DNA of 63,696 bases, the filler included, from Craspedostauros australis (Eukaryota), in the NCBI GenBank assembly GCA_030167865.1. It is 7 parts of 7 records of this genome, joined end to end, with 100 filler letters (N's around TTAATTAATTAA, not from the genome) between each part and the next. Parts side by side here need not be neighbours in the genome. Positions count along the whole stretch, not along the records: positions 1 to 18,269 come from JALAGF010002634.1; positions 18,370 to 27,917 come from JALAGF010002638.1; 5 more parts are not named here. One strand, given 5' to 3'. Positions within the stretch are counted from its first letter, which is position 1. Each line of letters starts with the position of its first letter. Positions 10,808 through 22,391 of this stretch are shown here, in pieces. Made by a program: the position numbers and the translations under genes. Below the pieces are notes generated by a model. The model made no database searches and was not told where the DNA came from. It saw nothing but the letters and a program-made list of their open reading frames with translations.

Positions 10808-11675
10808 GGTGATGGGTACTGGTGTGATTGCAGATACTGGTGTGCTTGTATTGTCTGCGGTGCTAATGCGAGGAGGGTAGCTTTGTGCGGATTATCAATG
10901 TCGCTGATGCTGATGCTGATGCTGATGCTGCGGCCCCTGTTGCTGGAGGATGGTCTGGGACGCTTCGAGGTACGGTTGTGCGTTGTGGTCCCTTCGCCGT
11001 TCCTTGAGAGTTTGGGGATTGGCGTGGCTGTGGTATCGTCGTCCTTGGGTAATGGTGGCGTTCACAACCACGAGCAGAGCAGTCGCGGTCGTGGTCGTTG
11101 TTGGCTTTTTTGTTGCGGTTGCGCAAAAACAGGCTTGCTTTTTCGTCTCTCATCTTCTTGTTTCTCTGGTGATCGATTTTAATCAGATGAATCGAACGAG
11201 CAATTCGAAACATGGACACGGTGATGTGTCTGATTGCGGGCGTGGCGCGAAGAAGCCCGGCTGCCTCTCAACGAGAAAGCCACGCCGCTTGGTGGTCTTG
11301 TGGTGAACACAGACGCAGTCTTCAGGGATTCGATTGGGGGAGACGAGAGCAACAACACCAGCAAAGGCATACGACCACATCCGGCAACAGCAAGGTAGCG
11401 ACAGAATAGACAGTGATGGGGCCGGGCCAACCGCAGACAGAAACGGATACTCTAAAGAAGAACAGATATCAGCGCCCTCCCAACATCTTCGGAGACAGCT
11501 CCGCCATCACCACTATATTGATCAACTAGAATCATTCTCGCACACCGTTGATTCTCACACGCTGCATATTCTCTCTAGAAGGAGCACAAGTGCGACTGTA
11601 TCACAAGCATACAACTACTCGGCGACACATTCACAGCGTATCCCACTCAGGATCTAACGTGACGACGGAAAGAAG

Positions 11676-11993
11676 ATGGATACGATGAATAGTGCAGGCA
11701 GCGGCAGCATCGCGGCGCAGTCACCCAAGGTGAAGGTCCATTTCGTGCCGGTCGGATCTGCTCCGATACTCAAGAAGAGCAAAATCCAGATGAACCCCGA
11801 TTTGCGCTTCTTTGCGGTTCACGCATTCTTGAAGAAGATCCTCGAGCTTCCGGACCACCAGCCGCTCTTCCTGTATTGCAGTTCCTCCTTCTCGCCAGGC
11901 CCCGAAGAGCTGCTCGCGGATCTGCGGACCAACTTCGCCAATGCGCGTAGCCAGCTGATAGTGCACTACAGTCTGCAGGAGGCGTGGGGATAG
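11676..11993 (+). CDS. ATG12: Ubiquitin-like autophagy protein ATG12
   Basis: KVKVHFVPVGSAPILKK, LFLYCSSSFSP and the diagnostic C-terminus IVHYSLQEAWG ending in Gly. Confidence 0.93.
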   Translation: MDTMNSAGSGSIAAQSPKVKVHFVPVGSAPILKKSKIQMNPDLRFFAVHAFLKKILELPDHQPLFLYCSSSFSPGPEELLADLRTNFANARSQLIVHYSLQEAWG

Positions 11994-12491
11994 ATCTTGG
12001 TATGGGAGGCTCAGAGCAGAGTCAGAATCTCCCATGATGTACAATATACTACAATAATTGAGTACGTAGAGTCGAGTGCTCCCTGGAGAGAGAGAGCAAT
12101 CTAGAGAACTTGACTTGTACGACTATTGTAACAAAACAAAGAGTATTGGAGTAGAGCCAAGTAATAATGTGTTGTATTATCAAGTAGGCAGTTGGAGTTG
12201 GTCGATGAGTGCAAGTATAGTCGTCCATGCAAGGAAGGGCACAGGCGGTAACTGCGAAGTTTATAATATCTTCCGATCATTCGGACGTTCATAATTGTTG
12301 AGCATTCATCCTCGACGAATACCAAACTATCATTATATAGAATGTAATATAATACTACTTATTCGATACTCTGGAGAGAGAGAGAGTAATACCGTGGAGT
12401 CGTCTACACATTTGTGCCAACGAGACATGCAAATGGTCGTCTTGGAGAGTTCCACCAGTCGCGTGCATCAATGCATGGCTGCGGACAGGTT

Positions 12492-13592
12492 TCAGGGCGT
12501 ATCTCGTCGTTGACGCTTTCGGGTATCCCCGCGCTCCGGGCTCCGCGACGGAGTTGATCGCGATCTCGAGTCCCTCCTCCTGTTTCGGCGGTCCCTGCTA
12601 CTATCCCGATCGTGGTGACGACGGCGATGCTGGTGGCGCCGACGGCCATCATCATCGCCGTCATCACCATATCTGCGCGACCCGCCACGATGCTGCCGAT
12701 TTTCATCGCGATCAAAACGCCGTCCATGGCGCTGCCTGTCACGCCGTTGCAAGTCTTTGATTTCGTCGCTGATCTGCCCGATCTCTTTGTCCAAGGCTTC
12801 GCTTGGTTTGTCGGATCGTTGCTCACGCAGATCATCAAGATTTTTGCGGAGCTGTCCAATTTCCTTGGACGTCGAGTTGGGCCGTTTGTTGTCAGATCTT
12901 CTGCTGTCGGACCTCCTGCCTGCATCCTCATCATCGCTGACTTTTCCGGCCCGATCTTCTGGGTTGTTCCTCTCCTGATGTGGACGGTGCTGCCCTCCCC
13001 GACCACCGCGATTTTCGTCATTGTTGTTGTTGTTGCCATTGTTGCGAATGTTGTTATTGATGCTGTTGATGTTATTGTGGGAAGCTCTGTTGCCCCAGCG
13101 GCTTGCGCGGCCTCGATCATTCCTTTTGGCATCGCGCTGCTGATTCGATGTCGCTTGCGCCTTGGCCCTTTCTGCTGCGGCAGCTGCCGCCGCTTCCTGC
13201 ATCTCCTTCTTTTTCTTCTCCAGGATGACGGTTGGAATCCCCGTTCCGTTGGACTGCGCCTCCAGCATCATAGTCCAGAGCTCCTTGGAGAACGATGCTG
13301 CTTCCTTCTCACCCAGAAATCCCACCAGATCGAGCTGGGCGCAGCGAGGGTCAACCTTCTCCCCACTCGCGTTCTTCTCCAGAAATACGTTGACGGCCAT
13401 CGAGGAGACGATCTCGTCGTCGAAGCCGAGCAATGCCGCGACCTTGTCTTCGATCCATTGCGTGAGCACCTCCTTGTTGACGGCGTCGGAACGCACGGAC
13501 TTGCTGAAGTTCTTCGGGAACTTGGTGGACTTCAGCGCCTTGTTCCTGGCGCGGACATCGGCGACGGAGGATGTTCCCTTGATGGACGGCAT
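12492..13592 (-). CDS. SRRM1: PWI-domain RS-rich splicing factor (SRm160/SRRM1-like)
   Basis: Likely start MPSIKGTS. PWI domain (KFPKNF, WIEDKVAALLGFDDEIV, QLDLVGFL, FSKELWTMMLEAQ...GIP) followed by an Arg/Asp/Ser-rich tail. Confidence 0.88.
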   Translation of the reverse strand: MPSIKGTSSVADVRARNKALKSTKFPKNFSKSVRSDAVNKEVLTQWIEDKVAALLGFDDEIVSSMAVNVFLEKNASGEKVDPRCAQLDLVGFLGEKEAASFSKELWTMMLEAQSNGTGIPTVILEKKKKEMQEAAAAAAAERAKAQATSNQQRDAKRNDRGRASRWGNRASHNNINSINNNIRNNGNNNNNDENRGGRGGQHRPHQERNNPEDRAGKVSDDEDAGRRSDSRRSDNKRPNSTSKEIGQLRKNLDDLREQRSDKPSEALDKEIGQISDEIKDLQRRDRQRHGRRFDRDENRQHRGGSRRYGDDGDDDGRRRHQHRRRHHDRDSSRDRRNRRRDSRSRSTPSRSPERGDTRKRQRRDTP

Positions 13593-14359
13593 GGTGTTGA
13601 TGTTGATGTTGGTGTTAATGTTGGTGTTAGCAGAAGTGGAGTGGAAGTACAACACTTTGTGTTGATGTGTTGTCTTTTCTCCGTGATTTCTTAGGTTGCT
13701 TTTTTGTTCATTTGTCCATTACACGGGCAGTTTGCGAAATCCGTTCTTTGTTGGTTGGTTGGTTGGTTGGTTGGTTGGGGGAGGAGAAAGGCGTCGATGG
13801 TCTCGTTTAGTTCCATTCTCGCTCTCAGCAGCGCTGGTTTGCTTCTCTGACGCACGGTGTACGCACGTTAAATTTGATGATCTGTTGTTCTTGTTGTGTT
13901 CTCCAGTCAACAATGTAGACAGACGTACATACGTAGGCAAGAACGAATACGCACAAACTGACAGCCTAAGCAAACCAAACGTGGAGTAAAAATGACAGGT
14001 GCTTCGCAAACAGTCAAGAACATCGCATGTCGTCTTTGTGCGTTGCGATAGATTTCCAGACATTTCTCCAGAAACACACACAAATGGAGAGCAGCAAATG
14101 ATGTACCAACACAAATAGGCCATCACAGCCACACATTCCCCCCTCTGGACACTCACAAACAAAGGAGCGCCACATATTCCATAATACACGTACGACCTAC
14201 CCGTGCCGTACTCGCAGATGCCACACTGGAGCAGAGTGAACGAGCATCAAATCATCTTCGCATCATACGATTATCGGTCTGTGTGCAATTGATGAGAGAA
14301 GAGTGAATCACCAACGCCATCACCAACGCCATCACCAGCATCAACAGAAGAAACAAGCG

Positions 14360-16350
14360 ATGAGCAAGCGCGCAATCCAGAGACTTCGGGATCTCAGCGG
14401 AGCAGAAGCTGACGTAGGTGGCCGGTTGGACAAGATCGATGATGAGGGCGACGGAAGTGATGACAGCGATGACAGTGATGACGATGATAGCCATGGCATC
14501 GTAGAGTCGAGAAACAAGGCGTCTGTCTTCATGTACATGGACGACGACAGCGATAGTCAAAGCGACAGTGACAGCGACGACATTGATCATGACGACAATA
14601 GCAATGATGATGATGATGATGATGATGTTGGCGACACTCCTGATCAGGCCACACTCAGCGAAGGCGACGAGAAAGACGCAATCGAATCACCCGGCAAAGC
14701 AAATGCCGACGAAAGTTGCATCGATCAAACCAAGCAGAACACTCCAACCGACAACTGCAGTCGCCGGACCGGCAGCACCAAAGGACCGGGGGCAGCCCCT
14801 GTGGTGTCTTCCCTGGACCCACAACAGGACATCGATTCGGAGGAAGCGCATGAAGAGGATCTCGACGACTTGCTCGATGAATTCCGTCAACAGGATGTCA
14901 AGATTTCGAACGATGTCGCTGACGGCGCAGACACGAGCAAGGCCACTGGGGCCAACGGTCAACGTTCCTTCGCAATTCTGACGGAAGATCTGTACTATCG
15001 AGATTTCGACATGAACAACTCGATGAAGACGACGGTACAAGGTGTGTCGGCCAACCCCGCTAAACGAAAGCAGCAGCAGCAACAACAACAACGTCGCCGA
15101 CAGGATTCCCTGTTCGGGTATTACGAGAACAAGCACATCAGACCACCGCATTACATCGCCGGAGGAATCGGCATGCAGATGCGGGACGACCAGCAACAGG
15201 AGGAAAATGAAAACAGCGCTGGCGTCCCATGGCCGTACGGCGCACCCAGCGACATTTCGGGCCAAACCAATCCCAATGGGCTGTGGCATACGTTCGTCCA
15301 ATCCGACAGCTACAAGACAGATCTGTCCATTCTCGACACCATCGTCAATTCGGGAGACCCCAACGCACTCTGCATGTTCGTTGCTGACAAACCCTTCGTC
15401 CCGGAGGCCTTGATCAAGCTGGTGGATGTCGTGTATGGCACCAACCAGAAAGAGGCCGCTTTGAAGTTGCTGCGGCGAGCGCTTTGGGTGCACGAATGCG
15501 CCACGCAGCCGTCCTTTTTGAAGTTTGATGGCACCGCGCGTCTGTTGGACTTTCAAAATCCCCAAAATGAGACCTTCTTCCTTGCCTTATTTCAGCTCGT
15601 GCGCGTCAGCCGGATCCACGGGTAAGTCAACTGCACACGTGCACACCTCTTGCATCCGTATCATTTGGGAGCATCCGCGTGTGGCAATGATTGGTGAATG
15701 CTGTTGTTGACGTCAACTCCTGCTGCTGACTGCTGCTGCTGCTGCATTCGTCAACTATGATCCAGCGCACACATCTAACACCGTCACCCACCGCATTCTG
15801 TATGAACAGTGTGATCACGACTGCGTTAGCAGCATCCCGGTTTCTCCTGTCGCTCGATCCCCTTCGTGACCCAATGGCCATCTTGCTGCTCCTCGATAAT
15901 CTCTCGTTGACATCCACCGACGACTCATCAACGGCTTGGTTCGTCGGATTCGTTGAAAGCAACACCGTCAAGCTCTGCCACAAGACATCAGAGGGAGAGT
16001 TCTACGGCTCGTTGCTCGAACTTCCCAACTTGGCGTATTCGTACGCGTTGGCGCTGCACCATCTCGCATTCACTTCGGAATCCTCCGACGATGTCGAGAA
16101 GAGCACCAACGCGCTCGTGGAGGCCATCTACCGATTCCCATCTGTGGTGCCGAACCTGCTGGATGCGAACAAGATCAACCTAGCGGGCAGGAGCACGAAT
16201 GGCACGGAATGGATGCCAGTTGTGCAACAGCTGCATGCAAACTGGGGGACCATCCAGAGCCAATCGCTGAAGTATGATGGCGTTGATGAAGGCATGTTGA
16301 AGAGGAGTGCACTGTCGGCAGCCAACAAAATAATAATAATAACTCAGTGA
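14360..16350 (+). CDS. TCF25: TCF25/Rqc1 ribosome quality-control factor homologue; exons 14360-15621 and 15810-16350; 3' end apparently truncated by a LINE
   Basis: MSKRAIQRL start and acidic tract, then SGDPNAL, LLRRALWVHE, NETFFLALF, G|VITTALAASRFLLSLDPLRDPM, LPNLAYSYALA and AIYRFPSVV. Intron GTAAGT at 15622 to CAG at 15809. The last codons (IIIITQ*) are read from the LINE tail. Confidence 0.82.
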
Positions 16351-18269
16351 TTACATCAGAGATGTGCCATAAGGCTTTACCCTCGCCGTCGCCGGCCCCG
16401 TAGGACCTAGCTTCGAGCGAGCTGTCGAGATTATACTCAATCCAGGCCTAGCCACGTTGCCATGGCCTGTCGTTCCGCTTGCATGGAGCGAGACCGTCGT
16501 CGGGCTTTGACTGCGGCCTGTACTGCCGTCATCGAATGCACCCATTGTCGCATTTGGGTTTCGGTGCCGTACTCGATGTTGCGTCCGTCTCGTAAGAGCT
16601 GCAGTTCTGACGCTGTCATGTCTTGGCTGGCACTCTGGGTTATCCGGCGCACCTGCCTGCGCAATTCCTGCGTAGTTGGGTGCTGATCCCCGTCGTGCAC
16701 TTTCGCATTTCTCGCCGTCCATATCGTCCAAGGTACTTTCCAGATCCACCGGATTACCTCTCCTGCCCATGCCCTAGCGTCCGGGAAAAAGCACTCGTGC
16801 GTCGTCATCCACTGCCTCTGCGTCCGTACCCAATCCTTGTGTAGGAAGCCTGCTAGCAGAGGATACCAACCTATCGCGCTCTGAGGTCCATCCGTTCTCA
16901 ACTTCCGTCTCCACCGCACTAGCCCCACTCGCATGTTCTGGACCAGTCGCGGGGCCGTACCAATTCTCACCATGGTAGCGATCAGATCGGCCGTGGAGTC
17001 CTGCCAAGCTTCCTGGTGTTCCGGGCACTGCAGCACGTGTTCCGTCGTTTCCTCGTGGGGACAGAATTGGCACTTCGCCGTGGGTCGCTGTCCCATCTGA
17101 TGCAATTTCTTGTTGACACCGATGAAACCCGAGGACCACTTGGACATGAAGGTGACCATCGTCTTGCTCTTTTTGGCCGACCTCGTTGACCTGTACGTAT
17201 GCCAGTCCACCGCTGCGGCCTGTTCGTCCTCCCACTGAAACTTCGATGACCAATAAGTGGCAGCTTCCGCCGCCTGTAGTATCTCGTTCAATGCGTGCTT
17301 GTCCACATGCGAGGCATCCGTGTCTCGGAGACGTAAACGCCACCTGTCAGTGCTCGTGCTCCATCTTTTCACCATTCGGCGTTGTGCTGTCTCAACCCAA
17401 AACCGCTTAGCATTGTCGTCGACAATCACATTGAGCCGCTCCAGGGTGGTCAGCGTCTTCCCAGTATCATCCTGGTGACCTTTGACCCATTCCCATTTTA
17501 GGGTGGCCCGAATCTGGCGCCGAAGCTTCCGAATCTCGGTGAGCACGTCCCAGTCTCGTTGGTGTGGGCGGAGCTCGTCCTCCTGCGCTCGTTGCATGGC
17601 CTGTTTACCGTCCAAGGCCAGCGTAATCACGCAGTCCTCGTCCAGCCCTGGCATCCTGGATATGACTGCCAGAGACGCCCATACACCTGCCAGTTCGCTT
17701 CTGTAGGCGCTTTGTACTTCTCTGGGTCCTGGAACAAAGGTGTTGCAGCTCATGCTGGCGTTGGACTCGGCGTCAAACAGTATCGATGACGAAGTCCCTC
17801 GGAAATCCTTGAACGAACCGTCACTCACCACCAGTAGCTTTCCACGTCTGGCCGCCCTTACTGCGTCATGAGGCTGTAGGTCCCCCTGCAGCTGCTCGAC
17901 CGGGTTGTAGCCTTCCGAGGGCTCGTCGCTCGGCTCAGCCAGGCCCACGTGGCCATCCCACTCGATTCCCGTTTCAATCATCGTGACAGACACGCGCTTG
18001 GCCCCCGTTGGGAGCACCTCGACGTGTCCAGCCCTAGTGAATCGCTGTCGACGGGTCCGGCTGGTGAGACGCTGCCTGTATCGCTGGATTGGACGAGTAG
18101 CCATGTCAAAGATCACATCTGTGTACGGTAGCTTCCACCACCGCCAGGTCCTATCATCGCTGTGCCACCTGCCCAGGGGTTGGTGGAGCGTCAAGCCTCG
18201 GAAGCACATGAATTTGCACCACCGCTGCCATTCCTTCCACCAGCCGCTCGGGAGGCGGTCAGGTTGGCT
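16329..18269 (-). mobile_element. 3' part of a non-LTR retrotransposon (RNase H + CCHC finger), resembling diatom Ambal-type LINEs
   Basis: The frame is open from the gap at 18269 to the stop at 16437. RNase H residues VSDGS, SAYRSELAG, ALDG and WVKGHQDD...LNVIVDDNAK are intact. Zinc finger CQFCPHEETTEHVLQC and the IWTARN motif are present. A short 3' UTR ends in (TTA)n. Confidence 0.88.
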
Positions 18270-18369
18270 NNNNNNNNNNNNNNNNNNNNNNNNNNNNNNN
18301 NNNNNNNNNNNNNTTAATTAATTAANNNNNNNNNNNNNNNNNNNNNNNNNNNNNNNNNNNNNNNNNNNN
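18270..18369. other. Artificial scaffold spacer (N44-TTAATTAATTAA-N44)
   Basis: 100-nt N run with a six-frame-stop linker, repeated identically six times in the window. Confidence 0.97.
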
Positions 18370-19004
18370 GATGATCATGGGTGCTGAAGGGAGGGCAGCA
18401 TGGTGCCATCGAGAATTTTTCGCACCCACCACCTGACAGACAGCAAGCCAAAACGACATTAAAAATAAAGTGCATACAAATTTAACTTCAATATTCAGAA
18501 TCACTGATAGCCACTCGTCCGGATGCACTGTTTATTTTTAATTTTAAACGATGTGTTGTTGAGATATAACATCATAAGCAGTTGTTTGGATGGTTTTGGA
18601 TGTGCTCTAATTTAGTCTACTTTATCACGACTCATCACGAGTAAAACTCAAAAAACACTCCACAACTAGTGCTATCGCGACACCGTTTTACATTGAGTGC
18701 AGGTCGTACTCGTGATTTGATGCGACAACGTACTTCGATAGTTGTAACAATTTGTTCGAGAACATGATGGAACCTTCGATCCTCACAATTTGAGGAGACG
18801 AAATCAGCACGAGCACGATCCGTCCACAATTGCGAGCATGCGACAATCTCGGAACTTCGTCCTGCCAACTGAAGGTGCGTCTCCCACTGGTACTCCTGCT
18901 CCCATACAACCACAACCACAACCACGATCATACTAGTACAAATGCGGAGCCCTGCGACTGCCATTGCAACAGAATTTCTCGTTGCCCAGAATCCACACAA
19001 CCGC

Positions 19005-19469
19005 ATGACAACAACCGAAATGACGACAGTCTCCGGTCACTGCTACTGCGGCGGCGTGACGTTCACAGTGACGCTGGCCGACACGGACCCAATCGAATTC
19101 AGTGAGTACTGCCACTGCAGCAGCTGCCGACGGGCGCATGCGGCTCCCCTGTTTCAGGGCGTCTGCTTGCCGCAGCGATGCATCACAGTGACGGCGGGCA
19201 AGGATCGCATCCGCCCATTTCGCAAGGTGGGAGTCGAAGTGGAGCGTCAGTTCTGCGGGACGTGCGGCACGCGGTTGTTCAATGCCTTTGTGGCTTCGGA
19301 GATCGATGGTGGCGATAGCAACGATCAGGAACAGCTCTGCGTCTTCTTTCCCAGCACTCTGAGTGACGAGGATCAAGCAGCGTTGCCAGACAGGTTGCAA
19401 CCGAAGACTCACAATCACGAGAAAGAGTGCGTCCTGGATATGAAGCTTCTCCAGAAACTCACGAGCTGA
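19005..19469 (+). CDS. GFA/CENP-V (Mss4-like) zinc-binding protein
   Basis: GHCYCGGV, YCHCSSCRR and RQFCGTCGTRLF give the GFA cysteine pattern. Confidence 0.9.
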   Translation: MTTTEMTTVSGHCYCGGVTFTVTLADTDPIEFSEYCHCSSCRRAHAAPLFQGVCLPQRCITVTAGKDRIRPFRKVGVEVERQFCGTCGTRLFNAFVASEIDGGDSNDQEQLCVFFPSTLSDEDQAALPDRLQPKTHNHEKECVLDMKLLQKLTS

Positions 19470-19768
19470 TACGTGCGGTCAGGTGCTGCAACTGCCGACT
19501 TCGTCTCATCCCGTCCCACGGAGGGAATGCGCTCGTGAGCGAACGACGTTGGGCAACATCGAACATAACCGTAGCGACGAAGACACAGAGGAGAACTTCG
19601 ACAATTATTTGTAGATCTCTGCCCTTTCATTCCATCAACCCTTTCCTTGTCTGTATTCCATTACCATGTTGCAACGCTGTACCCGTGTTCATTGAGTAGA
19701 GTGCATAATCGTCGTCGAGTACTCAATTTCAGAGTAGAGTACTCTCCCGAAATACACTAAACTCTATG

Positions 19769-20566
19769 TTATATTATCAGAGCGCACAGGATGACGATTG
19801 GTGTCGCGAAGGGCGCGATGACCTTGCGGAACACCCACATGACATTGTTCAACGCCGATCGGACCACCGCAAGCACCTTATTGAACGCTGCCATCGTCTT
19901 TTCACGGCGCTTCGCTTGTAGCTTCCGGAAATGAGCATCGTACTCTTTGCGCGCCGCGCTATCCGTCAGCACCATCGCCGCCTCATCGACCGCAATGAAG
20001 GCCTCCTGCGCACGACCATCGCGGTTCTTATCGGGATGCGTCACGCGCGATTGTTTGCGGAAAGCGCGCTTGATATCGCGCTCGCTCGTCTGCTTCAGCT
20101 TCAAGGCCGGGATGGTGATGTTGAAGGCGATCTTGCGCGATGGTATTTGGATGTCCCAATTGCGAATGCCCAGCACGGCGTACAGGTCCTCATTCGCCTG
20201 CGCCTTGAGGATGCGACGCACCACCTTGGCGTCCTTCTTCTTCTGCTGCAGCGCCTTCTTCTTTTGTTCGTCGTTCATCTTCTTGAGATCGGATTGGAAC
20301 TTCTTCTCGCGGGCCGCCGCCAATCGATCGGCTTGTTCTTGCGCTTTCATTTCTTCTGGTGTCTTGGCTTTGCCACCTTGCTGTGGTGGATCCGCGCGCA
20401 CTGGCTTCGGATCTTCGAATGGATCATCGTTGTTGGCATCCTGCGACTCCTCCAGAACCTCCCGCACGTAGTCAGCGTATGGATCTTGCTGTGCGGACGT
20501 GATGGTCATGAGGAGGCAGCTCACGAGCATCACGAGACTGATCCACGATGATGGCTTCATCGTCAT
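19769..20566 (-). CDS. Secretory-pathway DnaJ-domain co-chaperone
   Basis: Signal-peptide-like WISLVMLVSCLLMTITSA. J-domain DLYAVLGI...IKRAFRKQSRVTHPDKN...AQEAF, with a ~20-aa insert. Hydrophobic C-terminus. The start codon is uncertain. Confidence 0.85.
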   Translation of the reverse strand: MTMKPSSWISLVMLVSCLLMTITSAQQDPYADYVREVLEESQDANNDDPFEDPKPVRADPPQQGGKAKTPEEMKAQEQADRLAAAREKKFQSDLKKMNDEQKKKALQQKKKDAKVVRRILKAQANEDLYAVLGIRNWDIQIPSRKIAFNITIPALKLKQTSERDIKRAFRKQSRVTHPDKNRDGRAQEAFIAVDEAAMVLTDSAARKEYDAHFRKLQAKRREKTMAAFNKVLAVVRSALNNVMWVFRKVIAPFATPIVILCALII

Positions 20567-21188
20567 TGGTCGGCGTTGCGATTTCCGCATTCCTGATGCA
20601 ACCGATCGTCGTTGTCGCTCACATGAAGTCTGCACCATCATCTTGTTCATCGCGGTTGCTGATGCCGTGATGGTGATGGTGGTGGTGTGGTCGCAGTTGC
20701 AACGAGTGTCAAGTCCTATTGGCAACATCTTGCTCGCATTGTTTTGTGTGGTCGAACCAAGAAGTGTTGAGGTGTGTGTGATGTGTGCGAAAACTTGGTT
20801 GTCGGAACTCTCTTCTTCCACGTGTCGTTGTTGATTGTTCGAGGCGGCTCATAGCCTTTGAGCACAAGTATAGATCTCGTCGTATTACGACATTTCGCTG
20901 TCATCAACGACGACGCTATCATACCATGCATACGTACGAATAGACTCCAGAGAGAGAGAGAGCATTCCATTTAGTAGATATGCGTCATGATTGCATGCTT
21001 ATACGTACTCAGGAGCAAGCTGCATCTCCTTGATTGGTTGGGAGTGATGTATCGATCCAAAACAATCAAATCAAGTCATCTTCATGAATTGCCGTAATCC
21101 ATCGTCTCGCAACAATGATTTGCAGTATACTGGGAGTACCTGCCCTCTCTAGTATGTGAGCCATTGTACTTCCGGAAACTCGCCGCAA

Positions 21189-22037
21189 CTACGTGTGCAA
21201 CGTTCTGCCGGGATGGCGCTTGGCGTGATGCTGGATAGCCTGTTCCGCTGCTTTCAGAAAGCAAAGATTGCCCCTGCCTCTCATCGTCGCGTCCTGCCAG
21301 TTCCATTGCCACTGCTGTTGCCCTTCCAGCACGCAATCCACATTCAGCGGTTCGTTCGTGGAGATATTCTGAAAGCACTGCTCCAGCGGCCATCGTTTCG
21401 GGATGAGATCCAGCTTGTGCGCCCGATCCTTGCTGCGATTCAACTGAACGCGCCGATCGATCAGCAGACCAACGACCACCGTCCTGGGTGGCATCGCGGT
21501 CGGATCGACAGCATCGGTGGCATCCGGCGACAGATACACCGTTCCATCGGCGACGCAATCTTCCAAGGCTTCGCACGAAAAGGAAACATGCGGCGCACGC
21601 GCTGTGATCAATGCTTGCGTGCGCTGCTGCAACGCCTGCTTGTCGGCATCGGTGTTGCATCCCACGACCACGATGCGCGCGCATTCTCGCTCGTTGGCCG
21701 ACTCCATCTGCCAGTTGATGAAATTGGCGACCTGCCTTGCAACGGCCATGATCTTTTCCTTTCTCGGACGTGCTTCTCGCGGGAAGCCGTATCCTGCGTC
21801 GCAAATGATGGTGAATGCATTGTCGTTCTTCTGCGTGTCGCTGGGTGGGCTTTCCGCATCGATCTTATCGCTGCTTGCGATCGAAACTTGCTTCAGCTGT
21901 TCTGATAGTTGGCCGACCTGGACTTCTGATCGTCCGTCGCTTTCCGACTCATCGCACGTCGCGGAGGCTGCTGGTGGTGGTGATGATGTCGATGCTGATG
22001 CCAATACTGATAGTTCTGTTGTGGTCTGCGCAGACAT
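21189..22037 (-). CDS. TRM10: TRM10-family SPOUT tRNA m1R9 methyltransferase-like protein
   Basis: VYLSPDA, VVVGLLIDRRVQ, RWPL and PLNVDCVLE match the Trm10 motifs. Confidence 0.8.
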   Translation of the reverse strand: MSAQTTTELSVLASASTSSPPPAASATCDESESDGRSEVQVGQLSEQLKQVSIASSDKIDAESPPSDTQKNDNAFTIICDAGYGFPREARPRKEKIMAVARQVANFINWQMESANERECARIVVVGCNTDADKQALQQRTQALITARAPHVSFSCEALEDCVADGTVYLSPDATDAVDPTAMPPRTVVVGLLIDRRVQLNRSKDRAHKLDLIPKRWPLEQCFQNISTNEPLNVDCVLEGQQQWQWNWQDATMRGRGNLCFLKAAEQAIQHHAKRHPGRTLHT

Positions 22038-22391
22038 GGTTGGGACATCAGCAATACTGCAATGCAACTATGGTGGTATGTATGGTATGCAGTGTTGTTG
22101 CAATGTTCGACAATCGCAGAACAAATGAAATGGTGAGGTTTGTTTGTGTTGGGTGGTGCCAACACAACACAACACAGGAGAGTTTGGATCTGGACCGTTT
22201 CATTTTTCTGATGGACAAACGAACTCAACCTTCGTCTGCACGTCAACGTCGACGTCGCCACCAAACCACGAGCTACTCACTATTCTTGTAGACTGCACAC
22301 AAACATTCATTCGATTACAGTCTCTGTTTACTCTAATCCTTGCCTCCCTGATTCTTGCTCTTCTTCTTCTTCACCTGCTGCAACACGGCAC

